A stretch of DNA of 30,895 bases from an uncultured Clostridia bacterium (GCA_964591515.1 CAZQBW010000038.1:1-30895); one strand, 5' to 3'. Positions 20,999 to 30,895 are shown, counted from the stretch's first letter. A program made the numbers and translations. Notes: generated from the sequence alone by a model not told the origin.

Positions 20999-21256
20999 AT
21001 GATCAGAACCCGCACTACCGAGTTCACCGTCGAAACGCAGGAGACCGTCGTGATCCGGCGGCCGACTACCGTTCGCGTCTGGTGCGTGAAGTGCGGGTCG
21101 ACGGTTCTCGCGGCCCGGCCGGAAACCGCGGCGGCCGCGAAAAGCGTCTCTCCCCGAGAGATCTACCGCCGCGTCGAATCCGGCGCTGTGCATTTCCAGG
21201 AGTCGGCTGACGGCCGGTTGCTGGTCTGCCTCGACTCTCTCATACCTCAGGAGTAG
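20999..21256 (+). CDS. Small hypothetical protein (~85 aa) containing WCVKCG and a C-terminal excisionase/HTH_17-like helix-turn-helix
   Basis: GC3 is high. The gene ends 4 nt before the SBBP1 start. …ETAAAAKSVSPREIYRRVESGAVHFQESADGRLLVCLDSL resembles the excisionase-family HTH pattern (…tvyrlvrsGelp…iGrr.ri). The ORF opens at 20933 but the first ATG is at 20999. Confidence 0.4.
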   Translation: MIRTRTTEFTVETQETVVIRRPTTVRVWCVKCGSTVLAARPETAAAAKSVSPREIYRRVESGAVHFQESADGRLLVCLDSLIPQE

Positions 21257-21260
21257 TGCC

Positions 21261-24200
21261 ATGAAGTCGACGCGTTGCCCCCAGGGTCGTTGGCGCGTTA
21301 TCGCCGCATTCGGATTGGCTATTGCGGTGACGATTCCCGCGGCCGGCTCGATTGCGCGACCGGTCCTGCCACGAACTGAGCGCCGACCGGACGCCATAGC
21401 GCTCCCGACTGAGCCGAAGGTGAATCCGTCGTTCGGGAGCCTGCCGATCAGCTTCGAGCCGAACGTCGGACAGGCGCCAGACGGGGTCCGGTTCCTGACG
21501 CGCGGATCGGCCGCTGCCTTGACCGCCACAGGAGCCGTGCTCGCGGGAGGCGCGACGCCCGTGTCGCTCGAGTTTGTCGGGGCGTCGGGCTCGGCCCGCG
21601 CCTCCGGCGCTGGCGAGTTGCCGGGAAAGGCCAACTACCTCGTCGGCAACGATCCGTCGAAGTGGAGGACGAACGTCCCGACCTATTCGTCGGTGCGCAT
21701 AGAGCAACTGTACGAAGGTGTCGATCTCGTCTGGTACGGAAAGGGACGGAGCCTCGAATATGACCTCGTCGTCTCGCCGGGCGCCGACCCGGACTCGATC
21801 GCTTTCGAGCTCGAGGGATTCCCCTCACCCGAGCTCGAGGCCGGCGGCGCGCTCGTGGCCGGCAGCGTCCGGCTCGAGCGCCCGTTTGCCTATCAGGAGA
21901 TCGACGGTGCGCGCTGCTCCGTCGCCAGCCGATACGCCGTGCGGGACTCGGGGCGAGTCGCGTTCGAGCTCGGCGACTTCGACCACTCGCTTCCGCTCGT
22001 CGTCGACCCGGAGATCGGCTACAGCTTCAGCCTCGCCGAATCGACGAAGGACATCGCGGTAAGCGGCATCTCGGTCGACCAGACTGGCTCTGCCTACGTT
22101 GTCGGCTCGAGCGCCCCCGCCGGCACGGGAGCCCGGGACGTCTACATCGCGAAGCTCAACCCCGAAGGAACGGCGCTCGTCTATTCGACGACGATCGGCG
22201 GAACGCGATACGACCTCGCGTACGACGTCGCCGTCGACGATGCGGGCAGTGCCTTCGTCACGGGCGAGACCCTTTCCAGCGACTTTCCCACGACGGCGGG
22301 AGCGTTTCAGCCGGCCTTCGCGAGCTCCAGCCCGGGCGATGCCGACGCTTTCGTCCTCAGGCTTGCGCCTGACGGCGCAACTCTCGTCTATGCCTCGTAT
22401 CTCGGGGGCGCAAAGTTCGACCACGGGAAGGACATCGTGATCGACGCGCCGGGCAATGCCTACGTCATCGGCACCACCACGTCGACCAACTTCCCGACCA
22501 CGGAGCCGGAGCAGGCAGGCAACGGCGGACTGGCCGACGCATTCATGACGATCGTCAATCCGACGGGAAGCGCGAAGGTCGCGTCGACCTACCTCGGCGG
22601 CTCCGAAAGCGACAACGGCGAGGGGATCGCGATCGACCCGGACGGAAACGTCTACGTCGTTGGAGCGACCTCCTCGACGAACTTCCCGGTGTCACCGGGT
22701 GCGCTGCAATCGACATTCGGCGGCGGCGTCATCGACGGCTTCTGGGCGAAATACGACCCGTCGGGCCAGCGCGTCGCATCGACCTATCTCGGCGGCTCTG
22801 GCGTCGACGTCGCCCGTGCGCTCGTCGTCGATGCCGCCGGGAATTCGTACCTGACCGGTGAGACGGACGTCACCGACTTTCCTGGAGTATCTCCGGTTGG
22901 CGGGAAGGTCACCGGCGGAAGCCGGGACGCCTTCGTCGTGCAGCTGAACGTGAACGGAACCGAAATCGAGTTCTCGATCTCCTTCGGCGGCAGTCAGTAC
23001 GAATCGGGGAATGCCATCGACTTCAACAGCGGCGGGCTGCTCTACATCGCGGGCGACACCTATTCGAGCGACGTTACTATGTTCGATCCCATTCAGGTGA
23101 CGTTCGGCGGAGGCATCTCGGACGCGTTTCTGCTGCAGTGCGACCCGAACGCGCCGGGTCCCGAATCCATCCAGTTCTGTACGTACATCGGCGATGAGCG
23201 AACGAACTTCGGTGTCGACTGCGGGGTCGGTCCGAACGACGAAGTGTGCGTGGCCAGCACGTCGCCGGACCTGAGCCCTGACGGATCGGAGAATGACGAG
23301 GGCGGGGTCGTCGAGTTCACCTTCGATCCGGCCGGACCGAAGCCCGACCTCAAGGTCAGCCTTGCAGTCTTTGACTACACGCCCAGAGAGGGTCGGCCGA
23401 GCGCCATCGTTCATGTGATCGTTCGGAGTACGAACGAATGTGCAGGACCGAAGGCTCCGAACGCCACGTTCTCCGTCGAGATACCGTTTGGGCTCGAGTT
23501 CGTCGGAGCAGCGGGAGGCGCGGCCGGCATTCGAGTGGTTTCGACGCCGCCCGTCGGCCAGCCGGGAGTGGTGACGTTCGCGATAGACCGAGCGGTCGAA
23601 CTTGACGGGACGGACCGCGGCACGGTCGGAGTGTCGCTTCCGGCCTCGGTTCCGTCGGCCGGCCCGTTCCAGCTCGAAGCATCGGCGTCGATCTCGGACG
23701 CGCTGGAATGCAACTATCGAAACAACACGGTCACTGGCGTCCTCGACATCGGCAAGCGCGTCTTTCAGCAAGGGGCCAGGCTGCTCGAGTTCAACGTGCT
23801 CGGGGACCCGACGGCCCCGCCAACAATTCAGATCGTGAACAACGCGACATCGCCTGGGGCGCTGCCGTCATCCCGACTCGCGGGCGGAACGCGCCGGTTC
23901 AACGTGTATGCCTCGACGCAGGCCGGTGTGCAGCCTGTGCCCTCGAATTTTTTCGTCTCGGTACCCGGCAGCCAGTCGTCCGTCGACGTGTCGACTGCTC
24001 CCGCCGGATCGTTTTTTGTTGTGACCACGGCGACTGACGACAGCGAGAGCGCGCCGTCGAACGAGGTCGGGGGCGTCCTGCCTACGGTCACCAAGCTGAG
24101 GGTGTCGGCGACGAAACTCGTTGCGCAGGGAACCGGCTTTGCTCCCGGCCTCCGGGTCCTGTTCGGCGGGCTGTCCTTCACGTCGGCCGCGTCTCTGAAG

Positions 24201-24353
24201 AAGAACAACACGAAAGTCATCCAGAAGGGCCCGCTGGTTTCGGGCCAGTCGATCGGCAGCTTCGCCGACCAGTACCTTAGCCCAGGCGCGAAGGTCGTAA
24301 TTCTCTTCGTCAATGCGAACGGAAGTGCGGTCGCGGTCGAATACACTCGGTAA
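21261..24353 (+). CDS. Secreted large SBBP-type beta-propeller repeat protein (paralog 1). It has an N-terminal conserved domain with the motif SLPISFEPNVGQAP and C-terminal CARDB-like and TIG-like domains.
   Basis: Signal peptide MKSTRCPQGRWRVIAAFGLAIAVTIPAAGSIA. Repeated units of the type YSTYLGGSxxDxGxxIAVDxxGNAYVxGxTxSxNFPTT are SBBP-like. PDLKVSLAVFDY…ATFSV is CARDB-like. The last ~95 aa are shared with paralog 2. An SD (AGGAG) precedes the start. Confidence 0.8.
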   Translation: MKSTRCPQGRWRVIAAFGLAIAVTIPAAGSIARPVLPRTERRPDAIALPTEPKVNPSFGSLPISFEPNVGQAPDGVRFLTRGSAAALTATGAVLAGGATPVSLEFVGASGSARASGAGELPGKANYLVGNDPSKWRTNVPTYSSVRIEQLYEGVDLVWYGKGRSLEYDLVVSPGADPDSIAFELEGFPSPELEAGGALVAGSVRLERPFAYQEIDGARCSVASRYAVRDSGRVAFELGDFDHSLPLVVDPEIGYSFSLAESTKDIAVSGISVDQTGSAYVVGSSAPAGTGARDVYIAKLNPEGTALVYSTTIGGTRYDLAYDVAVDDAGSAFVTGETLSSDFPTTAGAFQPAFASSSPGDADAFVLRLAPDGATLVYASYLGGAKFDHGKDIVIDAPGNAYVIGTTTSTNFPTTEPEQAGNGGLADAFMTIVNPTGSAKVASTYLGGSESDNGEGIAIDPDGNVYVVGATSSTNFPVSPGALQSTFGGGVIDGFWAKYDPSGQRVASTYLGGSGVDVARALVVDAAGNSYLTGETDVTDFPGVSPVGGKVTGGSRDAFVVQLNVNGTEIEFSISFGGSQYESGNAIDFNSGGLLYIAGDTYSSDVTMFDPIQVTFGGGISDAFLLQCDPNAPGPESIQFCTYIGDERTNFGVDCGVGPNDEVCVASTSPDLSPDGSENDEGGVVEFTFDPAGPKPDLKVSLAVFDYTPREGRPSAIVHVIVRSTNECAGPKAPNATFSVEIPFGLEFVGAAGGAAGIRVVSTPPVGQPGVVTFAIDRAVELDGTDRGTVGVSLPASVPSAGPFQLEASASISDALECNYRNNTVTGVLDIGKRVFQQGARLLEFNVLGDPTAPPTIQIVNNATSPGALPSSRLAGGTRRFNVYASTQAGVQPVPSNFFVSVPGSQSSVDVSTAPAGSFFVVTTATDDSESAPSNEVGGVLPTVTKLRVSATKLVAQGTGFAPGLRVLFGGLSFTSAASLKKNNTKVIQKGPLVSGQSIGSFADQYLSPGAKVVILFVNANGSAVAVEYTR

Positions 24354-24378
24354 ACCAGCTCCTCAAGGAGGCGGATCC

Positions 24379-27300
24379 ATGCGACTTCACCGCATCGCCA
24401 TTGCGCAACGCTCGGCCACGGTCCGGTCCGGTGTCCTGATGCTCCTGGCGTCGCTGGCGTGTTCGTCGGCCGCTCCCGCATCGACGACCCTCGAAGAGCC
24501 GATCTCCGCCGCCGTGCCCGCGGTTGCTGCTCCGGCAGCAGCTCGCGTCTCGCCCTCGTTTGGCAGTCTACCGGTCAGCTTCGAGCCGAACGTCGGGCAG
24601 GCGCCGGCAAATGAGAAGTACATCGTTGCAGGTGCTGATGCAGCTGCGGTGACCGCAACGGGCGTCGTGCTCCGAGGCGGTTCCAAGCCCGTGACGCTCG
24701 AGTTCATTGGGGCGTCGACGTCGGCCAGCATGACTGGGACGAATGAGCTTGCCGGAAAGGCCAACTACCTCGTCGGCGACGATCCGTCGGCTTGGAAGAC
24801 GAACGTGCCGACGTATGCGTCGGTCCGCGTCGAGCAGCTCTACCCGGGCGTCGACCTGGCTTGGTACGGAAAGGGTCGGAGCCTCGAGTTCGACCTCGTG
24901 CTGGAGGCTGGCGCCGATCCGGGCAATGTCTCGTTCAAGCTCGACGGCGTTCCCGCGCCCATTCCCGAGATCGGTCCGGACGGCGCGCTCGTCGCTGGCG
25001 ACGTACGGTTCGAGCGGCCGGTCGCCTATCAGGAGGTCGACGAGGTGCGCAAAGCGGTTCCGTGCGGATATGTCACCAACGGCGATGGACGCGTCGGCTT
25101 CCGGCTCGGCGAATACGACCACTTGCTCCCGCTCGTCATCGATCCGGAGATCGGCTACACCTACACGTTCGCGGATTCGAGCAAGGACATCTCGATATTC
25201 GGCATTGCCGTCGATTCGACCGGAGCGGCGTACGTCGCCGGACGGACGCGAACCGAGGGCTCCGGCGGAGTGCTCACTGTGGCCGCCTTCGTCGCCAAGC
25301 TGAATCCGGAGGGCACGGCGCTCGTCTACTCGACGACGATTTCCGGGTCGGCGGGCAACGAGGAGGCGCGCGACATCGCGGTCGACGCCACGGGCAACGC
25401 CTTCATTACGGGCTTCGTGTTCTCGAGCAATTTCCCGACGACCGCCGGAGCGTTTCAGACGACGAAGGGATCGCCGAACGGAACCCAGGATGCGTTCGTC
25501 GCGAAGCTCGCGCCGGGGGGCGACTCGTTCGTCTACTCGTCGTTCCTCGGAGGCAGCGGAGGTACGTCCGGAAGCAGGATCGCGATCGACGCCAGCGGCA
25601 ATGCCTTCGTGGCCGGCTTTACACAGTCGAGCAACTTCCCGACGACGTCACCAGCACAGGGGACGTTCGGCGGGGTCCGCGACGCATTCCTGACGAAGGT
25701 CAACGCCGCGGGCAGCGCGAAGACCTATTCGACCTATCTCGGCGGAAGTCAGAGTGACACCGGCAACGACGTCGCGGTCGATGCGTCGGGCAGTGCCTAC
25801 GTCGTCGGCGTGACGACGTCTACGAACTTCCCTGTCTCGGCGGGCACGATCCAGGGAACAAGCGGCGGCGGTTCGGACGGTTTCTGGGCGAAGTACGATC
25901 CGGCCGGACAGCGGGTGGCGTCGACGTATCTTGGCGGCACGGGATTCGACAGCGCGAACGGCGTCGCGGTAGATGCGGCTGGAAACAGCTATCTCACCGG
26001 CGAGACGGCATCGCCCGAATTTCCGCTCGTGGCGCCGGTACAGTCGACGATCGCCGGGGATCGCGACGCCTTCATCACCTCGCTGAACGGGTCCGGGACG
26101 GCGACGACTTTCTCTACGTTCTACGGTGGCACCCGGTACGACTACGGAACCGCAATTGCCCTGGGTGGCACGGGCTCAATCGACGTCGTCGGCACGACCG
26201 AATCGAACGATTTCCCTGCAGTTGACCCAGTCCAATCCACGTTCGGCGGTGGAGTCTCGGATGCGTTTGTCATCCGATTGGGCTTCGGTACGACCGCCGG
26301 GCGACTCGAGCTTCCATTGCCGACGGTGACATCTTCCTCGTATCAAGGCGGCCCCGGTCGCGAGACGGGCGCAGCCGTCGGGCCGAACGGTGCGAATGGG
26401 GTCGCCGTCGCAACGAGTCAGCAAAAGGACAGCCCTCAAGGCGGACACGACGAAGCCGGTGTCACGACATACACTTACGTCGGACCGCCCGCTCCCGACC
26501 TCGCCGTGACAGGTGCGCTTGCGGGAACCTACACCTCCAATGGTGAGCGGTACTACCTGATCTTCGTGCTCGCTACCAGCACAACGCGTTGCTCCGCGGA
26601 CCTGCTCGCACCGAATGCCACGTTCGGCGTCGTCCTTCCGGCGGGAGTCCGCTTCAAGGGCGTCTTTGCGTCAAACCGCGACGTCACGGTAACGGACCGG
26701 CCTGATGTGGACCACGCAGGTGCAGTGACGTTCACGTACTCGAAAGCGGTGCCCATTCTGAGGCCAAACCAGGAGTTCGCCGCGTTTCCATCGTCGGCAT
26801 ACGTCCTCGTGACGGTGGAGGACCCACAGGTCACTTCCCTCCCCGTGAACTTCTTCGCGTCGGTCAGCGGAAGTCTCGAGTGTTACTACGACAACAACGA
26901 GCAGACCAAGGTCCTGGACCTTCTAAGCAAGGGACTTCGACTCGGCTTCGGTTCGAAAACACTCCAGGTGTTTGGCTATTCTCCCGAAGGCTCCGGTAAG
27001 CCCGTTACACGAATGATCGGTGACGCCGTTCCCGACCTGAATCCACCTCACCGGTCGGAGTTGGTACCTGGGCTCGTCGGATTCAATGTCTACATGTCAG
27101 TGAGCCCCGGCGTTCAACCGGTCGAAGCGAATCGGATTGGCTTCATTCCGGCGGACCAGGTGTTCTTCGACGCCTCGGATACGCCCAGCGGGGCGTTCTT
27201 CATTCTTACGGCGGTCTCCGCGGACGGAGAGTCCGAAGCATCGAACGAGGTCGGAGGAGCGTTGCCTTCGGTATCGTCGCTGAAAGTCAGCGGGACGAAA

Positions 27301-27540
27301 CTTGTGGCGAAGGGAGCGGGCTTCGCGACGGACGTTCGCGTTTACTTTGCGGACAATGCCTTTGAGCAGGCACCGAAGTTGAAGGCGGGAAATTCGAAGC
27401 TCACCCAGAAAGGACTGCTCGAGAGAGGCACGACCATTGGCGAGTTCACGTCATCGCTGCTGATTCGGGGATCGAAGGTACTGGTCCTGTTCGTCAATGG
27501 CAACGGAAACGCCGTGGCGACTGAGTACATGGTGCCGTAG
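24379..27540 (+). CDS. Secreted large SBBP-type beta-propeller repeat protein (paralog 2), a tandem duplicate of the upstream gene
   Basis: A perfect SD (AAGGAGG) precedes the ATG at 24379. Signal peptide MRLHRIAIAQRSATVRSGVLMLLASLACSSAAP. It is ~60-65% identical to paralog 1 over the N-terminal domain (SLPVSFEPNVGQAP…KANYLVGDDPSAWKTNVPTY…) and the SBBP repeats. It has the same C-terminal domain. Confidence 0.8.
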   Translation: MRLHRIAIAQRSATVRSGVLMLLASLACSSAAPASTTLEEPISAAVPAVAAPAAARVSPSFGSLPVSFEPNVGQAPANEKYIVAGADAAAVTATGVVLRGGSKPVTLEFIGASTSASMTGTNELAGKANYLVGDDPSAWKTNVPTYASVRVEQLYPGVDLAWYGKGRSLEFDLVLEAGADPGNVSFKLDGVPAPIPEIGPDGALVAGDVRFERPVAYQEVDEVRKAVPCGYVTNGDGRVGFRLGEYDHLLPLVIDPEIGYTYTFADSSKDISIFGIAVDSTGAAYVAGRTRTEGSGGVLTVAAFVAKLNPEGTALVYSTTISGSAGNEEARDIAVDATGNAFITGFVFSSNFPTTAGAFQTTKGSPNGTQDAFVAKLAPGGDSFVYSSFLGGSGGTSGSRIAIDASGNAFVAGFTQSSNFPTTSPAQGTFGGVRDAFLTKVNAAGSAKTYSTYLGGSQSDTGNDVAVDASGSAYVVGVTTSTNFPVSAGTIQGTSGGGSDGFWAKYDPAGQRVASTYLGGTGFDSANGVAVDAAGNSYLTGETASPEFPLVAPVQSTIAGDRDAFITSLNGSGTATTFSTFYGGTRYDYGTAIALGGTGSIDVVGTTESNDFPAVDPVQSTFGGGVSDAFVIRLGFGTTAGRLELPLPTVTSSSYQGGPGRETGAAVGPNGANGVAVATSQQKDSPQGGHDEAGVTTYTYVGPPAPDLAVTGALAGTYTSNGERYYLIFVLATSTTRCSADLLAPNATFGVVLPAGVRFKGVFASNRDVTVTDRPDVDHAGAVTFTYSKAVPILRPNQEFAAFPSSAYVLVTVEDPQVTSLPVNFFASVSGSLECYYDNNEQTKVLDLLSKGLRLGFGSKTLQVFGYSPEGSGKPVTRMIGDAVPDLNPPHRSELVPGLVGFNVYMSVSPGVQPVEANRIGFIPADQVFFDASDTPSGAFFILTAVSADGESEASNEVGGALPSVSSLKVSGTKLVAKGAGFATDVRVYFADNAFEQAPKLKAGNSKLTQKGLLERGTTIGEFTSSLLIRGSKVLVLFVNGNGNAVATEYMVP

Positions 27541-27821
27541 GTCGTCCTCGACGCTGTTCCGCGAGGATGGCTGACGTTTCCGTTCGCACGGCGGGCCGAC
27601 TAAAGGTCCTTATCGGACAAGGTGTACGACGACGAGACGCTCCAGCGATTTCGCCGGTGAACGCGAAACAACCGGGTTGGCTCGAGATGGTCGATTCGTT
27701 CGGAGCCGAATGCATCCTCTGACCGATTGCCGAGGTCAAGCCGATGCTCGGTCCGCTCGAAGCGTCCGGTCGATGGCGCGTCCAGCGCGGCGGGCTGAGA
27801 AGCTCTGGTAAACTCGCGCCC

Positions 27822-28571
27822 ATGCAGCTTCCAGGCACCCCCCGCGAACGTCTCGTCGTCGCCCTCGACGTCGAATCCGGAGCCGAAGCCATCGCGCTCG
27901 TCGAACGGCTCAGCGGCACCGTCGGCATGTTCAAGGTCGGCAAGCAGCTTTTCACCGCCGAAGGCCCTGCCCTCGTGCGCGAGATCGTCGGCCGCGGCGA
28001 GCGCGTCTTCCTCGACCTGAAGTACCATGACATTCCGGCCACGGTCGCGAAGGCCTGCGTCGAAGGCACGCGCCTCGGCGTCTCGATCCTGAACGTGCAT
28101 GCTGCCGGCGGACGGCAGATGCTGACCGAAGCCGTGAAGGCCGTCGATGCGGTCTGTGCATCCGAGAATCTCGAGCGTCCGCTGCTGCTCGCCGTGACGG
28201 TGCTGACGAGCATGGACGACGAAAACCTCGCCGAGACCGGCGTTGCGGGCACGGCGGCCGAACAGGTCGTCCGCCTCGCAAGCCTGGCACGCGACTGCGG
28301 GCTCGACGGCGTAGTTGCGTCGCCGCTCGAAATCGAGCTCATCCGCCGCGACGTCGCGCGAGAGCCGTTTGCGATCCTCACGCCCGGCATTCGACCCGCG
28401 GGCGATGCCAAGGGTGATCAGAAGCGCGTATTGACCCCGGCCGAGGCTGTCGCGGCAGGCGCGACGTTCCTTGTCGTCGGTCGTCCGATCACGGCCGCCG
28501 CGGATGCGAAGGCCGCCGCCCAGCGCATCGCCGCCGAGATGGAGGCAGCGCCCGGCTCGGCATCGGCGTGA
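27822..28571 (+). CDS. pyrF: Orotidine 5'-phosphate decarboxylase
   Basis: …RLVVALDV…MFKVGKQLF…VFLDLKYHDIP…LNVHAAGG…LTSM…TPGIRP…DQKRV…GATFLVVGRPI are OMPdecase motifs. The start is taken at 27822 (MQLPGTPRE), not the ORF opening at 27744. Confidence 0.85.
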   Translation: MQLPGTPRERLVVALDVESGAEAIALVERLSGTVGMFKVGKQLFTAEGPALVREIVGRGERVFLDLKYHDIPATVAKACVEGTRLGVSILNVHAAGGRQMLTEAVKAVDAVCASENLERPLLLAVTVLTSMDDENLAETGVAGTAAEQVVRLASLARDCGLDGVVASPLEIELIRRDVAREPFAILTPGIRPAGDAKGDQKRVLTPAEAVAAGATFLVVGRPITAAADAKAAAQRIAAEMEAAPGSASA

Positions 28572-29320
28572 CGTCGCTCGACCCGATCGGCAAAGGTCCG
28601 CCTCTGGTGTATCTGCCGGGCCTCGACGGAAGCGGCGAGCTTCTGTTCGCCCAGGAAGAAGAGCTCGGAACCCGCTACCGGATCCATCGCGTCCGATACC
28701 GCAGCGAAGGCGAATTCACCTACGACGACCTCGTGCGCGATGTCGTGGAAGTACTCGACGAGGCGGACGTCGAGCGTGCGACGATCGTCGCCGAGTCGTT
28801 CGGCGGGACGATCGGACTGCATCTTGCGATCGCCTATCCCGAGCGCGTCGAACGCCTCCTGGTACTCAACAGTTTCGCGAGATTCTCGAACCGCCGGTTT
28901 CTGAGATGGGGCGGCATTCTCATTCGCCACGCGCCGCCAAAGATCGTCCACGCCGTCCGATACGCCATCGACACACCAACGCTTGCGCTGCTCGAGCACA
29001 TCCCGAAGGATCGTCGCAAGGTCTTCCTCGACGTCGCCCGCCGCCAGCCGCTCTGCGGCTATGCAAGACGAATCGAGCTCATCGAACACCTGGATCTCGC
29101 GAAGTCACTCGACGGCATCAGCGTTCCGACGCTGGTCGTCACTGGTGAGATCGACCGTGTAGTGCCGTCAGCAGCGTCACGCGAGCTCGCCGAACGCATT
29201 CCGGGCGCCACCCTTCGCACACTGCCCGGTGTCGGGCACGCGGCGCTGATGACGCCCGGCGTTTCGCTCCTCGAAATCCTGCAGAACTGGCCACAGATGA
29301 ACACAGATGAACACAGATAA
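28568..29320 (+). CDS. Alpha/beta-fold hydrolase
   Basis: Its GTG start overlaps the pyrF stop (GTGA). The nucleophile elbow is AESFGG (GxSxG-like), with …LVLNSFARF… and a C-terminal His in GHAALM. Confidence 0.7.
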   Translation: MTSLDPIGKGPPLVYLPGLDGSGELLFAQEEELGTRYRIHRVRYRSEGEFTYDDLVRDVVEVLDEADVERATIVAESFGGTIGLHLAIAYPERVERLLVLNSFARFSNRRFLRWGGILIRHAPPKIVHAVRYAIDTPTLALLEHIPKDRRKVFLDVARRQPLCGYARRIELIEHLDLAKSLDGISVPTLVVTGEIDRVVPSAASRELAERIPGATLRTLPGVGHAALMTPGVSLLEILQNWPQMNTDEHR

Positions 29321-29341
29321 TCTGTGAAGATCTGTGTTCAT
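29291..29341. terminator. Repeat-built bidirectional terminator: tandem ACAGATGAAC ×2 followed by the perfect 13-bp inverted repeat gatgaacacagat / atctgtgttcatc
   Basis: cacagatgaacacagatgaacacagataatctgtgaagatctgtgttcatc. The stem is 29305-29317 paired with 29329-29341, with an 11-nt loop. The region is AT-rich relative to its surroundings. The hydrolase stop codon TAA lies inside the loop. Confidence 0.55.
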
Positions 29342-29349
29342 CAGTGGAC

Positions 29350-30678
<1,329 letters not shown>

Positions 30679-30895
30679 TTGGGTGTCTCCTTCGAGTGAC
30701 AGTTCAGAGGTGCGAGGAGTATTGCAGACGGTGTGCGTCGGATCTTGCGGAGGTTTGGCGGGATCTTGCGGTGTTGAAGGGGATGAGAAGGCTTCGCATA
30801 CAGAGTTGCCCATGCGGCTTCGTGGCACCCCCTTTGATGTAACGGAACGGATTGGGAGCAGACCGTCCTGGAGCGACATTTGCGGCCCACGGAGA

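Noticed and set aside
20924-21634. 236-aa minus-strand ORF across the regulator/SBBP promoter and the SBBP1 5' end
   Set aside because: It overlaps the signal-peptide region of SBBP1 on the opposite strand. It would run through the palindromic operator cluster. No similarity was seen.
27494-29089. Minus-strand ORFs 27494..28411 and 28418..29089, and the + strand ORF 29344..30489
   Set aside because: They are antisense to pyrF, to the hydrolase and to the MIPS gene, which are well supported. Their composition (Arg/Pro/Ser-rich) is typical of high-GC antisense frames.

Overview
This is a high-GC (~65%) bacterial chromosomal window, about 90% coding, with no rRNA, tRNA, CRISPR array or transposase recognisable. 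It is probably from Acidobacteriota. The evidence for that is diderm envelope genes (lptE, kdsB), SBBP-type beta-propeller proteins, a CadC/TolB_N/TPR-type membrane regulator, and an RskA-type anti-sigma factor.

Gene order:
- Minus strand, 1–5707: a likely four-gene operon of a histone-H1-like Lys/Ala/Pro-rich TPR protein, yvcK/glmR, glmU and glmS (glmS is cut by the window edge).
- Plus strand, 5973–11003: leuS, lptE, holA, then a family-1 encapsulin shell gene with no cargo gene nearby.
- Then rpsT (minus), a monofunctional proline dehydrogenase (plus), a CBS-pair protein (minus), a small CxxC protein, and an RskA-family anti-sigma factor with no adjacent sigma factor.
- Plus strand, 14652–18888: a tightly coupled kdsB-pyrG-pyrK-pyrD operon.
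- An ~8.5 kb module lies between pyrD and pyrF. It holds a ToxR/CadC-like membrane-anchored winged-helix regulator (minus) facing a small HTH-like ORF and two tandem paralogous ~1050-aa secreted SBBP beta-propeller proteins.
- Then pyrF, an alpha/beta hydrolase, and a convergent myo-inositol-1-phosphate synthase.

Several intergenic elements stand out:
- an 87-bp perfect palindrome built from four copies of a 14-mer in the glmU-glmS spacer;
- a six-copy GCGGAT/ATCCGC hexamer array in the rpsT/proDH divergent region;
- a nested 93-bp GC-rich palindrome upstream of kdsB;
- a cluster of overlapping CCGG-type palindromes in the regulator/SBBP divergent promoter;
- a repeat-built terminator that also encodes the last residues of the hydrolase.

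The most interesting candidates are the cargo-less encapsulin inside a housekeeping operon, the regulator–SBBP cassette, and the glmR–glmU–glmS unit with its palindromic spacer. All calls rest on reading the sequence and ORF translations by eye; no database searches were run.
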